Positions 1 through 9,605 of a DNA stretch of 34,518 nt are shown piece by piece; the stretch's first letter is position 1; every line of letters starts with the position of its first letter. The position numbers were made by a program, and so were the translations under genes. The notes beneath the pieces are model-generated. The model did no database searches, was not told the origin of the DNA, and saw only the letters and a list, made by a program, of their open reading frames with translations. The stretch comes from a virus (taxonomy: Duplodnaviria > Caudoviricetes): the IMG/VR virus record IMGVR_UViG_3300032231_000012, positions 1 through 34,518 of that record; one strand, 5' to 3'.

Positions 1-1
1 G

Positions 2-142
2 GTCGCAAGCGAAATACTCATTCTGCACCACAATAAAATTATTCAGGAAGCTGGGAAACCTCCAAAATTAGAACTAAAAAAGATAAAAAGCGACAAAAAG
101 AGACAATTTAAGAAGAACTTGAAAAAATACTTAGAAGAATAA
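2..142 (+). CDS. 3' part of a 55-aa ORF spanning the circular junction (starts at 34489)
   Basis: Frame 2 is open from 2 to TAA at 140-142. It joins in frame with ATG 34489 if the terminal GGTC is merged. Confidence 0.55.
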   Translation, partial: VASEILILHHNKIIQEAGKPPKLELKKIKSDKKRQFKKNLKKYLEE

Positions 143-164
143 ATTTAAAGGAGTTTAAAATAAA

Positions 165-524
165 ATGAATATTAAATATTTAGTATTAAAAACAATTGAA
201 AAATATAGAAAAAATAGATATATCTGTACAAAAGCAAATACAAGGAATAGATATAAAAGCATAAAATATAAAACTGATAATTCTAAATGTATAGTTTATG
301 GTGACAATAGATGCTGTGGCGGTTGCTTGATTGCTTATATTTGTTTCCATTGTGTAAATTGTAATTGTTATGGATTTACAAAAAGTTGTATGGGTGGTAC
401 AGATAAACAATACTTTTTAAGTGGTTGTTCAGATGATAAGGCAAAAGGTTATAGATTAAAAAAAGATGGTACCTTTGATTGGGAACATTATAAAATCCTA
501 AATAAATACTTAGAAGAAGGATAG
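165..524 (+). CDS. Cys-rich hypothetical protein
   Basis: 119-aa ORF with AAGGAG RBS upstream, a CCGGC..CxxCxxCxC cluster and a terminator immediately after. Confidence 0.7.
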   Translation: MNIKYLVLKTIEKYRKNRYICTKANTRNRYKSIKYKTDNSKCIVYGDNRCCGGCLIAYICFHCVNCNCYGFTKSCMGGTDKQYFLSGCSDDKAKGYRLKKDGTFDWEHYKILNKYLEEG

Positions 525-544
525 GGGCAATGCCCCTTTTTTTT
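523..544 (+). terminator. Rho-independent terminator
   Basis: AGGGGCA-A-TGCCCCT inverted repeat followed by a T-run. Confidence 0.85.
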
Positions 545-620
545 ATAGTTTTTACATAGTAATTTCAATATCAATATTCCAGTGTCCCCAAATTGGGTAT
601 ACGGTGTTTTTATTTATGTG

Positions 621-649
621 TTTACTTTTTTACCTAGTTGTGATAATAT
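621..649 (+). promoter_or_regulatory. Putative sigma-A promoter for the replication module
   Basis: TTTACT-17 bp-TAATAT with extended TG, upstream of AAGGAG and ATG 672. Confidence 0.45.
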
Positions 650-671
650 TAAATAGGAAAACGAAAAGGAG

Positions 672-917
672 ATGATTACATTGAAAATGTTTATGAATAA
701 TATATCACTTAAATCTTGGGGCATATACGCTTTGATTAAAATGTACAATGAAGAAAACAAAAAAATAACATTAGATTTATTGTCTAGTAGCTCTAAGGAT
801 GGTATGTCAAGTGTGAGAAGTGGAATAAAAGAACTTGTTGATAATGGGTATCTTGAAGTTAAAAGAAATAGAATAAATGGTAAGGTTGCTCATTGTGATT
901 ATAAATTATTAAAATAA
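672..917 (+). CDS. Winged-helix protein resembling the N-terminal domain of phage replication initiators
   Basis: SLKSWGIY...DGMSSVRSGIKELVDNGYL..KRNR..GK pattern. Confidence 0.65.
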   Translation: MITLKMFMNNISLKSWGIYALIKMYNEENKKITLDLLSSSSKDGMSSVRSGIKELVDNGYLEVKRNRINGKVAHCDYKLLK

Positions 918-937
918 AATAATTGGAGGTCCATTAA

Positions 938-1783
938 ATGAATACTAATGATTTTTTATTTTGGGAACAAAACTCAAGGGATACTATTGATTTTAAAACA
1001 ATATATGTTGATGTTGCTGGTGATATTATAACAGGGTTGTTATTATCTCAAATAATTTATTGGAACTTACCAAGCAAAGAAGGAAAAACAAAATTAAGAG
1101 TTACAATTGACGGTGAATTATGGTTAGCAAAAGGTAGAAGTGATTGGTATTCAGAATGTAGAATATCTGAAAAACAATTCGATAGAAGTATTAAAATACT
1201 CCAAAATAAAGGAATAGTTACCACTAAATTGAAAAAATTTAATGGAGCTCCAATGAAACACATTAAATTAAATGTAGATATTTTAATATCTGAAATAAAT
1301 AAAATTAATTCAGAGGGTAAAATGGAATTTCCCCAAAGGGTAAAATCGAATTTACCTAAAGGTCAAAATGGACTTTACCCAAAAGGTAAAATGGATTTTA
1401 ACCAAAAGGTAAATTCTTTAACAGAGAATACAGCAGAGAATATAACAGAGAATACAACAACAACAGATGCGGTGGTGGATTCCAATATTATTTCAAATAT
1501 TTCAAAAACCATTGAAGATAAAACAGGCTTTAAAATCAATCCTAAATCTCTTTCCTATTTATACAATTTGAAAGGCGAGGATAAGATTCTAGAGTATGCA
1601 AATAATTGGAGTAAGTTTAGCACGGTTGATAAGAAAAATGCTCAAGGGTTCTTTGTGAAGGCTATAGAAAATGAATATCAGGTTCCCAAGCAGGAAGAAG
1701 TTTATAGCAATATTAATAATTTTGAGCAAAGGCAGTACCAAAAAGATGAGTATGAAAAATATTATTATAAAGTGGAGGTTTAG
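938..1783 (+). CDS. Replication initiator (Rep1) with internal iterons
   Basis: N-terminal wHTH (GLLLSQIIYW...W...SEKQFDRSIKILQNKGIV), low-complexity linker with DNA repeats, C-terminal NFEQR motif; GGAGG RBS. Confidence 0.8.
   Translation: MNTNDFLFWEQNSRDTIDFKTIYVDVAGDIITGLLLSQIIYWNLPSKEGKTKLRVTIDGELWLAKGRSDWYSECRISEKQFDRSIKILQNKGIVTTKLKKFNGAPMKHIKLNVDILISEINKINSEGKMEFPQRVKSNLPKGQNGLYPKGKMDFNQKVNSLTENTAENITENTTTTDAVVDSNIISNISKTIEDKTGFKINPKSLSYLYNLKGEDKILEYANNWSKFSTVDKKNAQGFFVKAIENEYQVPKQEEVYSNINNFEQRQYQKDEYEKYYYKVEV
1315..1417 (+). repeat. Iteron array, ~4.5 x 23 bp (putative origin 1)
   Basis: Units at 1315, 1338, 1361, 1384 and a partial at 1407, approximately RGGTAAAATGGAnTTTACCCAAA. 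The period is not a multiple of 3. Confidence 0.8.
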
Positions 1784-1786
1784 ATT

Positions 1787-2128
1787 ATGGTATATACAAC
1801 AATGTATGGAGAAAGTCAAATTTATGGATATGAAAAAGAAGTTCCAGAAAATAGGGAGGTATGGGGATTTGCGTTTAGAGTTAATAATGGGAAATATGGA
1901 TTCCAAGGTGGAAACATATGTAAACCAGTTTTAGGAGTTGTAAAGATTAATAGATTTTATGAGTACAAAAAAGGCACAAAACAGCTAAAAAAAAGTAGCG
2001 TATTAAAGGATGCAAGATGCTATGCAGATACTGAAATTGAAGCTATAACAGAGTATAACAAACATATATTAACGGCTTGTGCTGTGCTTGACAATTACAA
2101 ATATAAGTATAAAGCAGAAATGGTTTAA
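1787..2128 (+). CDS. Hypothetical phage protein
   Basis: 113-aa ORF with GGAGGT RBS, directly after Rep1. Confidence 0.7.
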   Translation: MVYTTMYGESQIYGYEKEVPENREVWGFAFRVNNGKYGFQGGNICKPVLGVVKINRFYEYKKGTKQLKKSSVLKDARCYADTEIEAITEYNKHILTACAVLDNYKYKYKAEMV

Positions 2129-2152
2129 TTATTATAAGGTGGAGGTTTAGAG

Positions 2153-2455
2153 ATGGAGAATATAGGAGCATTTTTTAAAACACAAAGGATTTACAACGGT
2201 TTATCGCTTAGAGAAGTCGCAAAGGAATTGGATATATCAGCATCATATTTATGCAATATAGAAAAAGATAGAAGATATATTTCTAAAAATTCAATGTTAA
2301 ATAAGCTGTGTGAATTATATATAATACCAGATAGAATTAGATTAAATATAGCTAGAAATATAATAAAGAATAGATGTTCTGTCAATAAAGATTCTTTAGA
2401 GTTCTGCTACATAAAATATTTAGAGAAAGAAATAACAATTAGAAAGGGCGGTTGA
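2153..2455 (+). CDS. XRE-family HTH regulator
   Basis: GLSLREVAKELDISASYLCNIEKDRR. Confidence 0.85.
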   Translation: MENIGAFFKTQRIYNGLSLREVAKELDISASYLCNIEKDRRYISKNSMLNKLCELYIIPDRIRLNIARNIIKNRCSVNKDSLEFCYIKYLEKEITIRKGG

Positions 2456-2627
2456 TAATATGACAAAGAGAAAATACTTAGATATATGCTTAGATTGTAA
2501 TAAATAAATTGATTTAAAGCATTGATTAATCAAAATAAATACTCGGTTGCACTTTTGGGAAAGGATGCAACCGAGTATTTCATCTATAGCATATAAAACT
2601 AACATATAAATAATATCTCTACTAAAA

Positions 2628-3359
2628 TTATTTGTCAATTAATAATCTATATAAATTTATTATCATTGCGGTACCTTCTGCCCTGGTTAAATTACTATTG
2701 GGATTAAACTTATTGTGTCCGTAGCCTTTCACAAGTCCTAAGCTAGATGCTTTGTTAATATCATCTTTCGCCCAGTGACTTTCGATATCCAAAAATTCGA
2801 CATTATTCTCCAAAACCTTCTCAACTTCAAAAATTTCTAGGATTGAGTCTACAATGTTTTCAGCAATCAAATCTGTGTTTTCAATAATCCACTTTGCATC
2901 ATCTTTGTTATCGTGAAAAGCTACTTCGATTAATACTGCATTCGCAAGCGTTTTATAGAGTTCTGCCATGTGCTTACTTTGACCATAGAAGTTATATCCT
3001 TCTTTAACACCCCTATCTTTAGTAGGTGTCAATCCTTCTAAATTTTTGTAAAATACATTAGCATAAACATGACTTTCAGTATCAAACTTATTACAATACA
3101 CCTCACAACCTCTAGATTTGCCATTATTCGCGTTAGAATGTATTGCTAGGTGTAAATCAATATCATAATAATTACTGTCTGTAATGACTTCTGAGAGTTT
3201 CCAGTTAGGATTATTTCTATAGATAGTAAATTGATTGTACTGTGATAAAATCTGTTGCACCTTATCACATAAAATATTCATTCTTTCTTCTTCAGCACCA
3301 AATTTACCATAACCTATATTTTTTTCCTGTGTAGATGGACTTAAATATATCTTAAACAT
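2628..3359 (-). CDS. Endolysin: N-acetylmuramoyl-L-alanine amidase (Amidase_3) with a C-terminal SLH domain
   Basis: KIYLSPS, LAIHSNA and VLIEVAFHDN motifs; SLH FLDIESHWAK..GLVKGYG..FNPN..LTRAE. Confidence 0.92.
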   Translation of the reverse strand: MFKIYLSPSTQEKNIGYGKFGAEEERMNILCDKVQQILSQYNQFTIYRNNPNWKLSEVITDSNYYDIDLHLAIHSNANNGKSRGCEVYCNKFDTESHVYANVFYKNLEGLTPTKDRGVKEGYNFYGQSKHMAELYKTLANAVLIEVAFHDNKDDAKWIIENTDLIAENIVDSILEIFEVEKVLENNVEFLDIESHWAKDDINKASSLGLVKGYGHNKFNPNSNLTRAEGTAMIINLYRLLIDK

Positions 3360-3675
3360 CGCTCTCACCTAATTTCTTATAGATATCTTTTACATCTTTG
3401 TTGATTTCTGTTAACTCTTTTTCAATCATTTTTTTTAGGTCGTCATATTTATTTGCAAGTGCTTTCATAACATCTTGTGCACCATCCAAGACCTCGTGAT
3501 TTTTCAATAACAACTCTGTGAAAGCTTGGTCTCTCTCATCATTTTTCTTTCTGGTATAAATCTTGTCATCTTGTCTAGCCTTGCGCTCGCTTAGTATGTA
3601 CCAAATTAAAAAAGTTACAAAAGGTGTAGTACCAGCAATGCTTGTTAATATATCATTGTAATCCATCAATTTCAC
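3352..3675 (-). CDS. Holin-like protein (N-terminal TM plus coiled coil, BhlA/UviB-like)
   Basis: Single N-terminal hydrophobic helix; lies directly upstream of the endolysin. Confidence 0.6.
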   Translation of the reverse strand: MKLMDYNDILTSIAGTTPFVTFLIWYILSERKARQDDKIYTRKKNDERDQAFTELLLKNHEVLDGAQDVMKALANKYDDLKKMIEKELTEINKDVKDIYKKLGESDV

Positions 3676-3714
3676 TTCCTCTCACTTTAGTTTAATAATA
3701 TAATTATATCATAT

Positions 3715-6700
3715 TTAGTTAGAACCTACCCAAAATGTTAAGTCAGCAGCCGCAATAACTAAATTCACTGTTGTTGTTGTTGTAGCAGTAATCGAAGACG
3801 ATCCACTTGTTGTGATAGCTTGAATTGGATAAGCTAAAGTCTTGCTGAAATTCCCTGCGACTACATCAAATGTATAAGTTTTTTTAGCTGTAGCATCAAT
3901 TGCAACTACTATTGTAACCGTTCCTGCACCTGCACAAGTTCCAACAATTGTATAATGAGTGTGCAATGGTAAATCAGTATCAATTATAGCTGTTATAGTT
4001 CTTACATCTGACCCAGTGGTTGCGACAATTGTACCTCCTGCGGTCCATTCATCATATAAAACTTCTTTTTGCTCATCTTTTTCATTATTACTTTTTAGCA
4101 TTTCATCAAAATCATCTGTCCAAACTCTTTTTTGCTTTGTTGCTGCAACATATTTTTCACACTCAATTGTACTCAAAATTCTCAAAGTAGAATCTATTTT
4201 TTTAGTTACTTTTGTAACTTTGTAAGTTTCACTAGATATTCCTAATAAGCTAATATCTACACTTATTAATTCAAGTACATTTATTTTGTCATAGGTTTTA
4301 AATTTAATTTTAGCAGGATTGACATATGTTTTAACTTCTGTTTCTGCCATGTCATTCGCGTCAGATGTATTATTTATATTCCTGTTAGTTAAAACTGAAC
4401 CAAAAACACCACTTCCATAGATTAGAGCCATTGCAGTTTCTTTAGTAGTATCAGTGTATGAACCAACAACCGATCCATTTTCTAATTTTTTTCCAACTAC
4501 AAATTGTCTAGTCCTAAACTTGCTAGAATCTTCAATAAAGGTAGGCATATCCACGCAATTTATATATCCTGCATCGGTCTTGTCTGGTGTCAAAACTTTT
4601 GTAGATGTATTATCAACATATGTGGGCTCTGCTTGGAAATAAAAAGCCTTTTCATTTGTAACCCACCACTTAAACCCACTAGAATTAGCTAAATCATTAT
4701 ATATTTTCATTGCGGGTTCTGCTGGTTTCACATAGTTTTCTATAGTTGCCCCTGTTGCAATATTACCTTCCGTCAATTCTTCACTAGTAGAAGAACCAAC
4801 CTTAATAAAATCGGTAAAAGTTTGGTCAACGATTGCTCCGGCGGTAGTATTTTGTGCATCAACTACAAATGTTCTTCTTCCAAAAATTTGTTTGTAACCT
4901 TCGGCATAGATATCTAATACCATAAATTCTGGACTTAGCAATGTTTTTTTAGGTTCTTGGATAAGCCCACCAAACAAAATTTCGCTTGTAACTGTATCTC
5001 TTATAATTAACTCCATTCCCATTTCAATAAAATTACTATTATCTACAATTTTCAATGATGCACTATTAGAAAAATTATCTTGGGTAACTATTTTTATACT
5101 TGGCATATGTGCCTTATCAGTATAATCTTCATCGTTTATTTCTATAATCGTATTATCAAAATCATATGATTGTGTCTTGAAATTCCAGTACGCAGGATCT
5201 GTTACTGCATCTGTTCCGTTGCTACTTGCATCTTCAAACGCCCCAGCATCAATCAAAACATAGTATATTTTCCCATATGAAAAATTATCTGTAGGGTTGA
5301 TAGTAACTACATTGTCTACAATAGTAACTTTTGCGTTTGTCGCTTCAATTTGTTCAAACAATGTGCCGTAAAAATCATAAATATTTATGTATTTACTACT
5401 TACTGCAGTAACATTTTCATTATATGTAATTGATAAATTTTGAGATACTAAAACTTTATTATCGCCCGATTCTGGATTTAAATCTGTTATTGTTGGTGCG
5501 GTTGCATCACCTGTTGAATACTCTGTTATTGGTGGTGTAAATGATGCTGGTGTGTATCTTCCATCACCGTTTGAAATTCTTAATTCGTCTATGTATCCAT
5601 CTAAAAATTCAGAAATTCCACTGAATCCTTTATATCTAGCCCCAACAACTAATATTTGACTACTATTGTACAAAGATGTCGTAGAAACAAAGTATGAATC
5701 TAACACTTTTCCCTCCACGGCTAAATAAACAGTATCAGAAATTCTAAATGCGGAAAAATGATACCAGGTATTCAAACTAAATTGATATTTTGCTAAGCAA
5801 CTTCTCTGGGTTGTTCCGTTGAAAGAAAAAGCAAAAATCAACTCATGATTTCCAGAATTATTATACATAGTAAGTAAGTAACTAAGATTTGATATTCCAT
5901 TGTAACATTGACCGCTCAGTCCGAAATAATTACCAGAATTAGGAAAGTTAGAAAAACTAAAATATCCCTCTACTGCAAAATTATTATTAGAAAAATTAAA
6001 ATCCGAGCTGTCGGCTGTTGTTACCGAATCACCTACGCCATCAAATTTTCCCATTGCAGTTCCAATCACAGGTGAAATTGTGTATGCTCCTTGTAGTCTT
6101 GCATTTCCATTTGCCGTAACTGTGTGTGTTGTATTACCATCGTCAGTAAATGTTGTATCTCCAGTAGAACCATTGCAATGCAATAAAAGTTGAGTGTTTG
6201 CATCACTTGAATATTCGCTCGAAGGAGCTGTAAAATTAGTTGTCCATCTTGCGGTATTTTTGCTAATTCTAATTTCGTCCATGTACCCATTTAAAAAACC
6301 TTGTACTGTTGATTGTTTATATGCCCCAATTTTTAGCGTTTCTGTAGAATCATCTAAAGCCGTAGTGCCTGCACTTATTGTTGTTGCATCTGCTGTACCA
6401 TTAACGTACAGAGTAATTGTTGTGCTATTTCTTACAAATGCTAAATGATACCATGTGTCCACTGAAAAAGCTTGTGTGAATGTAGTAACTCCTAACAATC
6501 TGCTAGAAAAATTCACTTTGTTATAATTCATAAAAATGGTAAAGCTATAATTTGGTAAAGCACTTGTACGCTGATCTACCAACCCTACATATTGTACAGT
6601 TGTAACATCTTTAAAATTAACCCAAAAGTCTATTGTAAAATCATTGTTGCTAAATGTCCAATCCGTAGAATCTGGAATTGATAAGTAAGTTGAACTTGAA

Positions 6701-7536
6701 CCATCAAAATAAGCAACTGCACTGCCAAATTTACCAGAAAAGGAGTCAGATGTTTTTAATTTAGCATCACCATTTGCGCTCATTGTATGAGCCGATGTCG
6801 AACTGTCCGTAAATGTTGTTGAATCATCTGAACCGTCCATGTGTAGTAATAGTGAAGTATTAGCATCATTAGTAAATGCTACTGTCGGTGGAGTAAATGA
6901 ACTTATAGTATATCTTGCAATTCCTTTTGAAAATCTAAATTCATCTATATAACCATTTAGAAAGTCTGTTTCCGTTGTGTTATAAGCACCTAGCTTAAAA
7001 TCCTCTGCACTATTATGTATAGTGTCTGTGCCTATGTAATATCCACCTATGTTAGTCCCATCTAAAAATATTGCAATATCTGTTGAATCTCTGCAAACTG
7101 CTATATGATAAAATGTATCTATAACAATATTACAATCTATATTTTGTGTTTTTTCCGTACTTCCATCTGTAGTATATTTCCATTCTAGTTCATACCTACC
7201 AGCATTATTATACAAAGACAACATATAACCTTCATCTGTAGTATCGTTCCAGCTACTAAATAAACACATTCTGTTACTTGCACTTGGCAAACTAACAAAC
7301 CTTACTTGTAAATCAATCTCAAAATCTCCGCTTCCTAAGTCAAAATCTGCATGGTCACTTATACTCACAAAATCACTTGTTGCACTAGCTAATAATAGAC
7401 TTCCTGCTCCAAACTTTTTTACACTTGTCGAAATACTTGCACTACCATTTCCAGTTAGTGTTTTTCCTCCGTAATCATCTGATATAGTGCTGTTAAAGTT
7501 ACTATATAGCTTTACAAAACTATCTAAACCAGCCAT
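3715..7536 (-). CDS. Tail-tip/receptor-binding protein: 3 LamG-like domains, an Ig-like domain and a C-terminal baseplate-hub-like region
   Basis: Three '(W/F)YH.A..R...GY.DE.R.S' modules, an Ig-like 'DATAPTI..NP..I.AGAFED' segment, then a phage tail-protein-like region; follows the tape measure gene. Confidence 0.8.
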   Translation of the reverse strand: MAGLDSFVKLYSNFNSTISDDYGGKTLTGNGSASISTSVKKFGAGSLLLASATSDFVSISDHADFDLGSGDFEIDLQVRFVSLPSASNRMCLFSSWNDTTDEGYMLSLYNNAGRYELEWKYTTDGSTEKTQNIDCNIVIDTFYHIAVCRDSTDIAIFLDGTNIGGYYIGTDTIHNSAEDFKLGAYNTTETDFLNGYIDEFRFSKGIARYTISSFTPPTVAFTNDANTSLLLHMDGSDDSTTFTDSSTSAHTMSANGDAKLKTSDSFSGKFGSAVAYFDGSSSTYLSIPDSTDWTFSNNDFTIDFWVNFKDVTTVQYVGLVDQRTSALPNYSFTIFMNYNKVNFSSRLLGVTTFTQAFSVDTWYHLAFVRNSTTITLYVNGTADATTISAGTTALDDSTETLKIGAYKQSTVQGFLNGYMDEIRISKNTARWTTNFTAPSSEYSSDANTQLLLHCNGSTGDTTFTDDGNTTHTVTANGNARLQGAYTISPVIGTAMGKFDGVGDSVTTADSSDFNFSNNNFAVEGYFSFSNFPNSGNYFGLSGQCYNGISNLSYLLTMYNNSGNHELIFAFSFNGTTQRSCLAKYQFSLNTWYHFSAFRISDTVYLAVEGKVLDSYFVSTTSLYNSSQILVVGARYKGFSGISEFLDGYIDELRISNGDGRYTPASFTPPITEYSTGDATAPTITDLNPESGDNKVLVSQNLSITYNENVTAVSSKYINIYDFYGTLFEQIEATNAKVTIVDNVVTINPTDNFSYGKIYYVLIDAGAFEDASSNGTDAVTDPAYWNFKTQSYDFDNTIIEINDEDYTDKAHMPSIKIVTQDNFSNSASLKIVDNSNFIEMGMELIIRDTVTSEILFGGLIQEPKKTLLSPEFMVLDIYAEGYKQIFGRRTFVVDAQNTTAGAIVDQTFTDFIKVGSSTSEELTEGNIATGATIENYVKPAEPAMKIYNDLANSSGFKWWVTNEKAFYFQAEPTYVDNTSTKVLTPDKTDAGYINCVDMPTFIEDSSKFRTRQFVVGKKLENGSVVGSYTDTTKETAMALIYGSGVFGSVLTNRNINNTSDANDMAETEVKTYVNPAKIKFKTYDKINVLELISVDISLLGISSETYKVTKVTKKIDSTLRILSTIECEKYVAATKQKRVWTDDFDEMLKSNNEKDEQKEVLYDEWTAGGTIVATTGSDVRTITAIIDTDLPLHTHYTIVGTCAGAGTVTIVVAIDATAKKTYTFDVVAGNFSKTLAYPIQAITTSGSSSITATTTTTVNLVIAAADLTFWVGSN

Positions 7537-7550
7537 GAAACACCCCTTTC

Positions 7551-9605
7551 TTAATAATTACCATCTCTTTTTAATTTATTCATAAAATTAGTCCCTATTG
7601 TGTCTATGTTACTATCATCAATTACATTATCTCTTACAGTTATGTTGTTATATACAATCTTTGAACTATCAAGTGCCGACCTGTTCATATCTAATCCTAA
7701 TAATTTTTTTAGAGAACTCAGGGGTGCAATAACCTCTGGATCTATTTTTGCGTTCGGATTGTCTCCAACCGTAGCAAGTGTTTCATCTGTTGCAATTCCG
7801 CCTTTTGCTAACTTAGGGATTCTATAAGGAAAACTAAACTTTTTGCCACCAACAACAGGTACCCAATCAGGTATACCTATCCCATCTAAGCCACTTAAAA
7901 ATCCATTAACACCACCAATTATTACATTGAATGGTAGCTTAAAAGCATTTTTTATTCCTTCCCAAATGTTGCCGAATATATCTTTTACATTTCCCCAAGC
8001 ACCCGACCAATTCCCAGTAAACACATTTTTTATAAAGTCAATTAAACTTGATAATGTGCTTGTTAATAATTTAACCTGGTCCATCACGTAACCAACTATA
8101 GTGCTAAATACTTCTTTAAAAACTCCAGAAACTACTCTTAAATCCATTATTAATACATCTAATATACCTTTCATTAGTCTGCCTAAAATTTCAATCAATG
8201 GAGTTATACCCTGGGAAATAAGTGTTAAAACTGGCTCTAGTAATCCCATAAACAACTCAATTAAAGGCATTAATAATTCAATTATGTTAGAAAAAATCGG
8301 TATTAATACATTCAATAATTCTAAAAAAACTGGCAATATCATTTCAATTATTTGCAGAAATGGAGGTATCAGCATTTCTATTAATTCTACAAAAACTGGC
8401 AATAATGCTTCAATTATTTCTGCTATTGGAGGTATCAAACCCATTAATAACTCACTAAAAACTGGCAATAATTGTTCTACTACTGGCATTAAAGATGTTG
8501 CTATTTCTTGCAATATTGGAATTAATCCTTGCCCCAAGTCAATCAGCAATGGTTCTACACTTCTTTTCAAACCTTCTAGCATTTCTGAGGTAGAACCATA
8601 TTTTATATCTTCCATTTTCTTTAAGGAATCGCCTGTCATGTCCATCTCGCCATTTATATCAGTTAAAGCATTTATTGCATCAACACCTAAATCCTCAAAT
8701 TTAGTGCCGAATAATGCTACACCTAGTTCATTTTGCTTAACCGCATTGTCAACTTCGGATAAAGCTTGCGTAATGTCCATAAATGCAACCGCCGACGCAT
8801 CGCCACCGTCTGCAAAAGTTTTTGTCATTTTTTCAGCATCAAATCCTAGTTGTTGAAACGCTTCGGCTGAGGCATCTGAACCGTCTTTGGCTCTAATACC
8901 GAATTCTTTTACGGCATCGTTTAAATAGTCCATCTGAAAGGCACCATCAGCACTACCATTTACCATTGAGTTAAAAAATTCGTCTGCAGTAAGTCCTAAA
9001 TCAGCAAAATGACCCGCATATTCTGCAACTTGATCTGCTAAATCCTCATTTTGATTTAGTCCTTTTTGCGCTCCTTGTGTTAGTAGTTCGAAAGCCTCTT
9101 CGGAACTTATTCCAAATTGCTTTACAAGAGCATTTACACCCCTTATTGACTCGCTGAACTCTATTTCGAAAGTATCTTGTAATAAATAAGCCTGTTCGGT
9201 AACTCTCTTTAATTCTTCATCGGATAAATCACCCATTTGTTGATTAACAAGCCCCATTTTATCAGCTATATCTTCAAATGATTCACCGTAGTTATTAGTG
9301 TAAATAGACTCTAATACACCTTGATATCTTTCGGCTTCTTCTGCTCCTTTTCCTGTACTGGCGATAAATTGATTCATTGCCTTGTCCATATCGTCAGCAC
9401 CTTTTATAGCCATTGCACCAATTCCAACGGCAATAGTGCCTAAACTAAGTCCAATAGCCTTAGCACTAGATTTAGCCTTGTCTTTCAGCTTACTAGTGCC
9501 TTTTTCAACTTCATTTTCAACCCCTCGCATATCACTGCCAACATTACTATCGTCTATGACAACCCGATATAAAACTTGTCCATCTTGATTAGCCAAAACT
9601 ATCAC
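7551..9605 (-). CDS. Tape measure protein
   Basis: DAVKEFGIR and LFGTKFEDLG motifs, amphipathic ~11-aa repeats, FTGNWSGAW, IPKLAKGG. Confidence 0.92.
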   Translation of the reverse strand: MIVLANQDGQVLYRVVIDDSNVGSDMRGVENEVEKGTSKLKDKAKSSAKAIGLSLGTIAVGIGAMAIKGADDMDKAMNQFIASTGKGAEEAERYQGVLESIYTNNYGESFEDIADKMGLVNQQMGDLSDEELKRVTEQAYLLQDTFEIEFSESIRGVNALVKQFGISSEEAFELLTQGAQKGLNQNEDLADQVAEYAGHFADLGLTADEFFNSMVNGSADGAFQMDYLNDAVKEFGIRAKDGSDASAEAFQQLGFDAEKMTKTFADGGDASAVAFMDITQALSEVDNAVKQNELGVALFGTKFEDLGVDAINALTDINGEMDMTGDSLKKMEDIKYGSTSEMLEGLKRSVEPLLIDLGQGLIPILQEIATSLMPVVEQLLPVFSELLMGLIPPIAEIIEALLPVFVELIEMLIPPFLQIIEMILPVFLELLNVLIPIFSNIIELLMPLIELFMGLLEPVLTLISQGITPLIEILGRLMKGILDVLIMDLRVVSGVFKEVFSTIVGYVMDQVKLLTSTLSSLIDFIKNVFTGNWSGAWGNVKDIFGNIWEGIKNAFKLPFNVIIGGVNGFLSGLDGIGIPDWVPVVGGKKFSFPYRIPKLAKGGIATDETLATVGDNPNAKIDPEVIAPLSSLKKLLGLDMNRSALDSSKIVYNNITVRDNVIDDSNIDTIGTNFMNKLKRDGNY

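Noticed and set aside
1315-1417. Repeat arrays here and at 24471-24537 as CRISPR arrays
   Set aside because: The units are tandem without unique spacers and lie inside initiator genes, which fits iterons. No cas genes are visible.
2153-2455. XRE gene as the CI of a lysis/lysogeny switch
   Set aside because: It is last in its operon, has no divergent Cro partner or peptidase domain, and no integrase is nearby.
3715-7536. Diversity-generating retroelement acting on the tail protein
   Set aside because: No reverse transcriptase and no template/variable repeat pair differing at adenines was seen. The LamG copies are old, diverged duplications.
8320-8475. AAAAACTGGCAAT repeated at 66-bp spacing
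   Set aside because: Explained by the ordinary 11/22-residue periodicity of tape measure proteins.
8101-8856. 251-aa plus-strand ORF and other antisense ORFs in the track (e.g. 13924-14328, 14560-14853, 31188-31529)
   Set aside because: Shadow frames of well-supported genes on the opposite strand, without convincing RBS or motifs.
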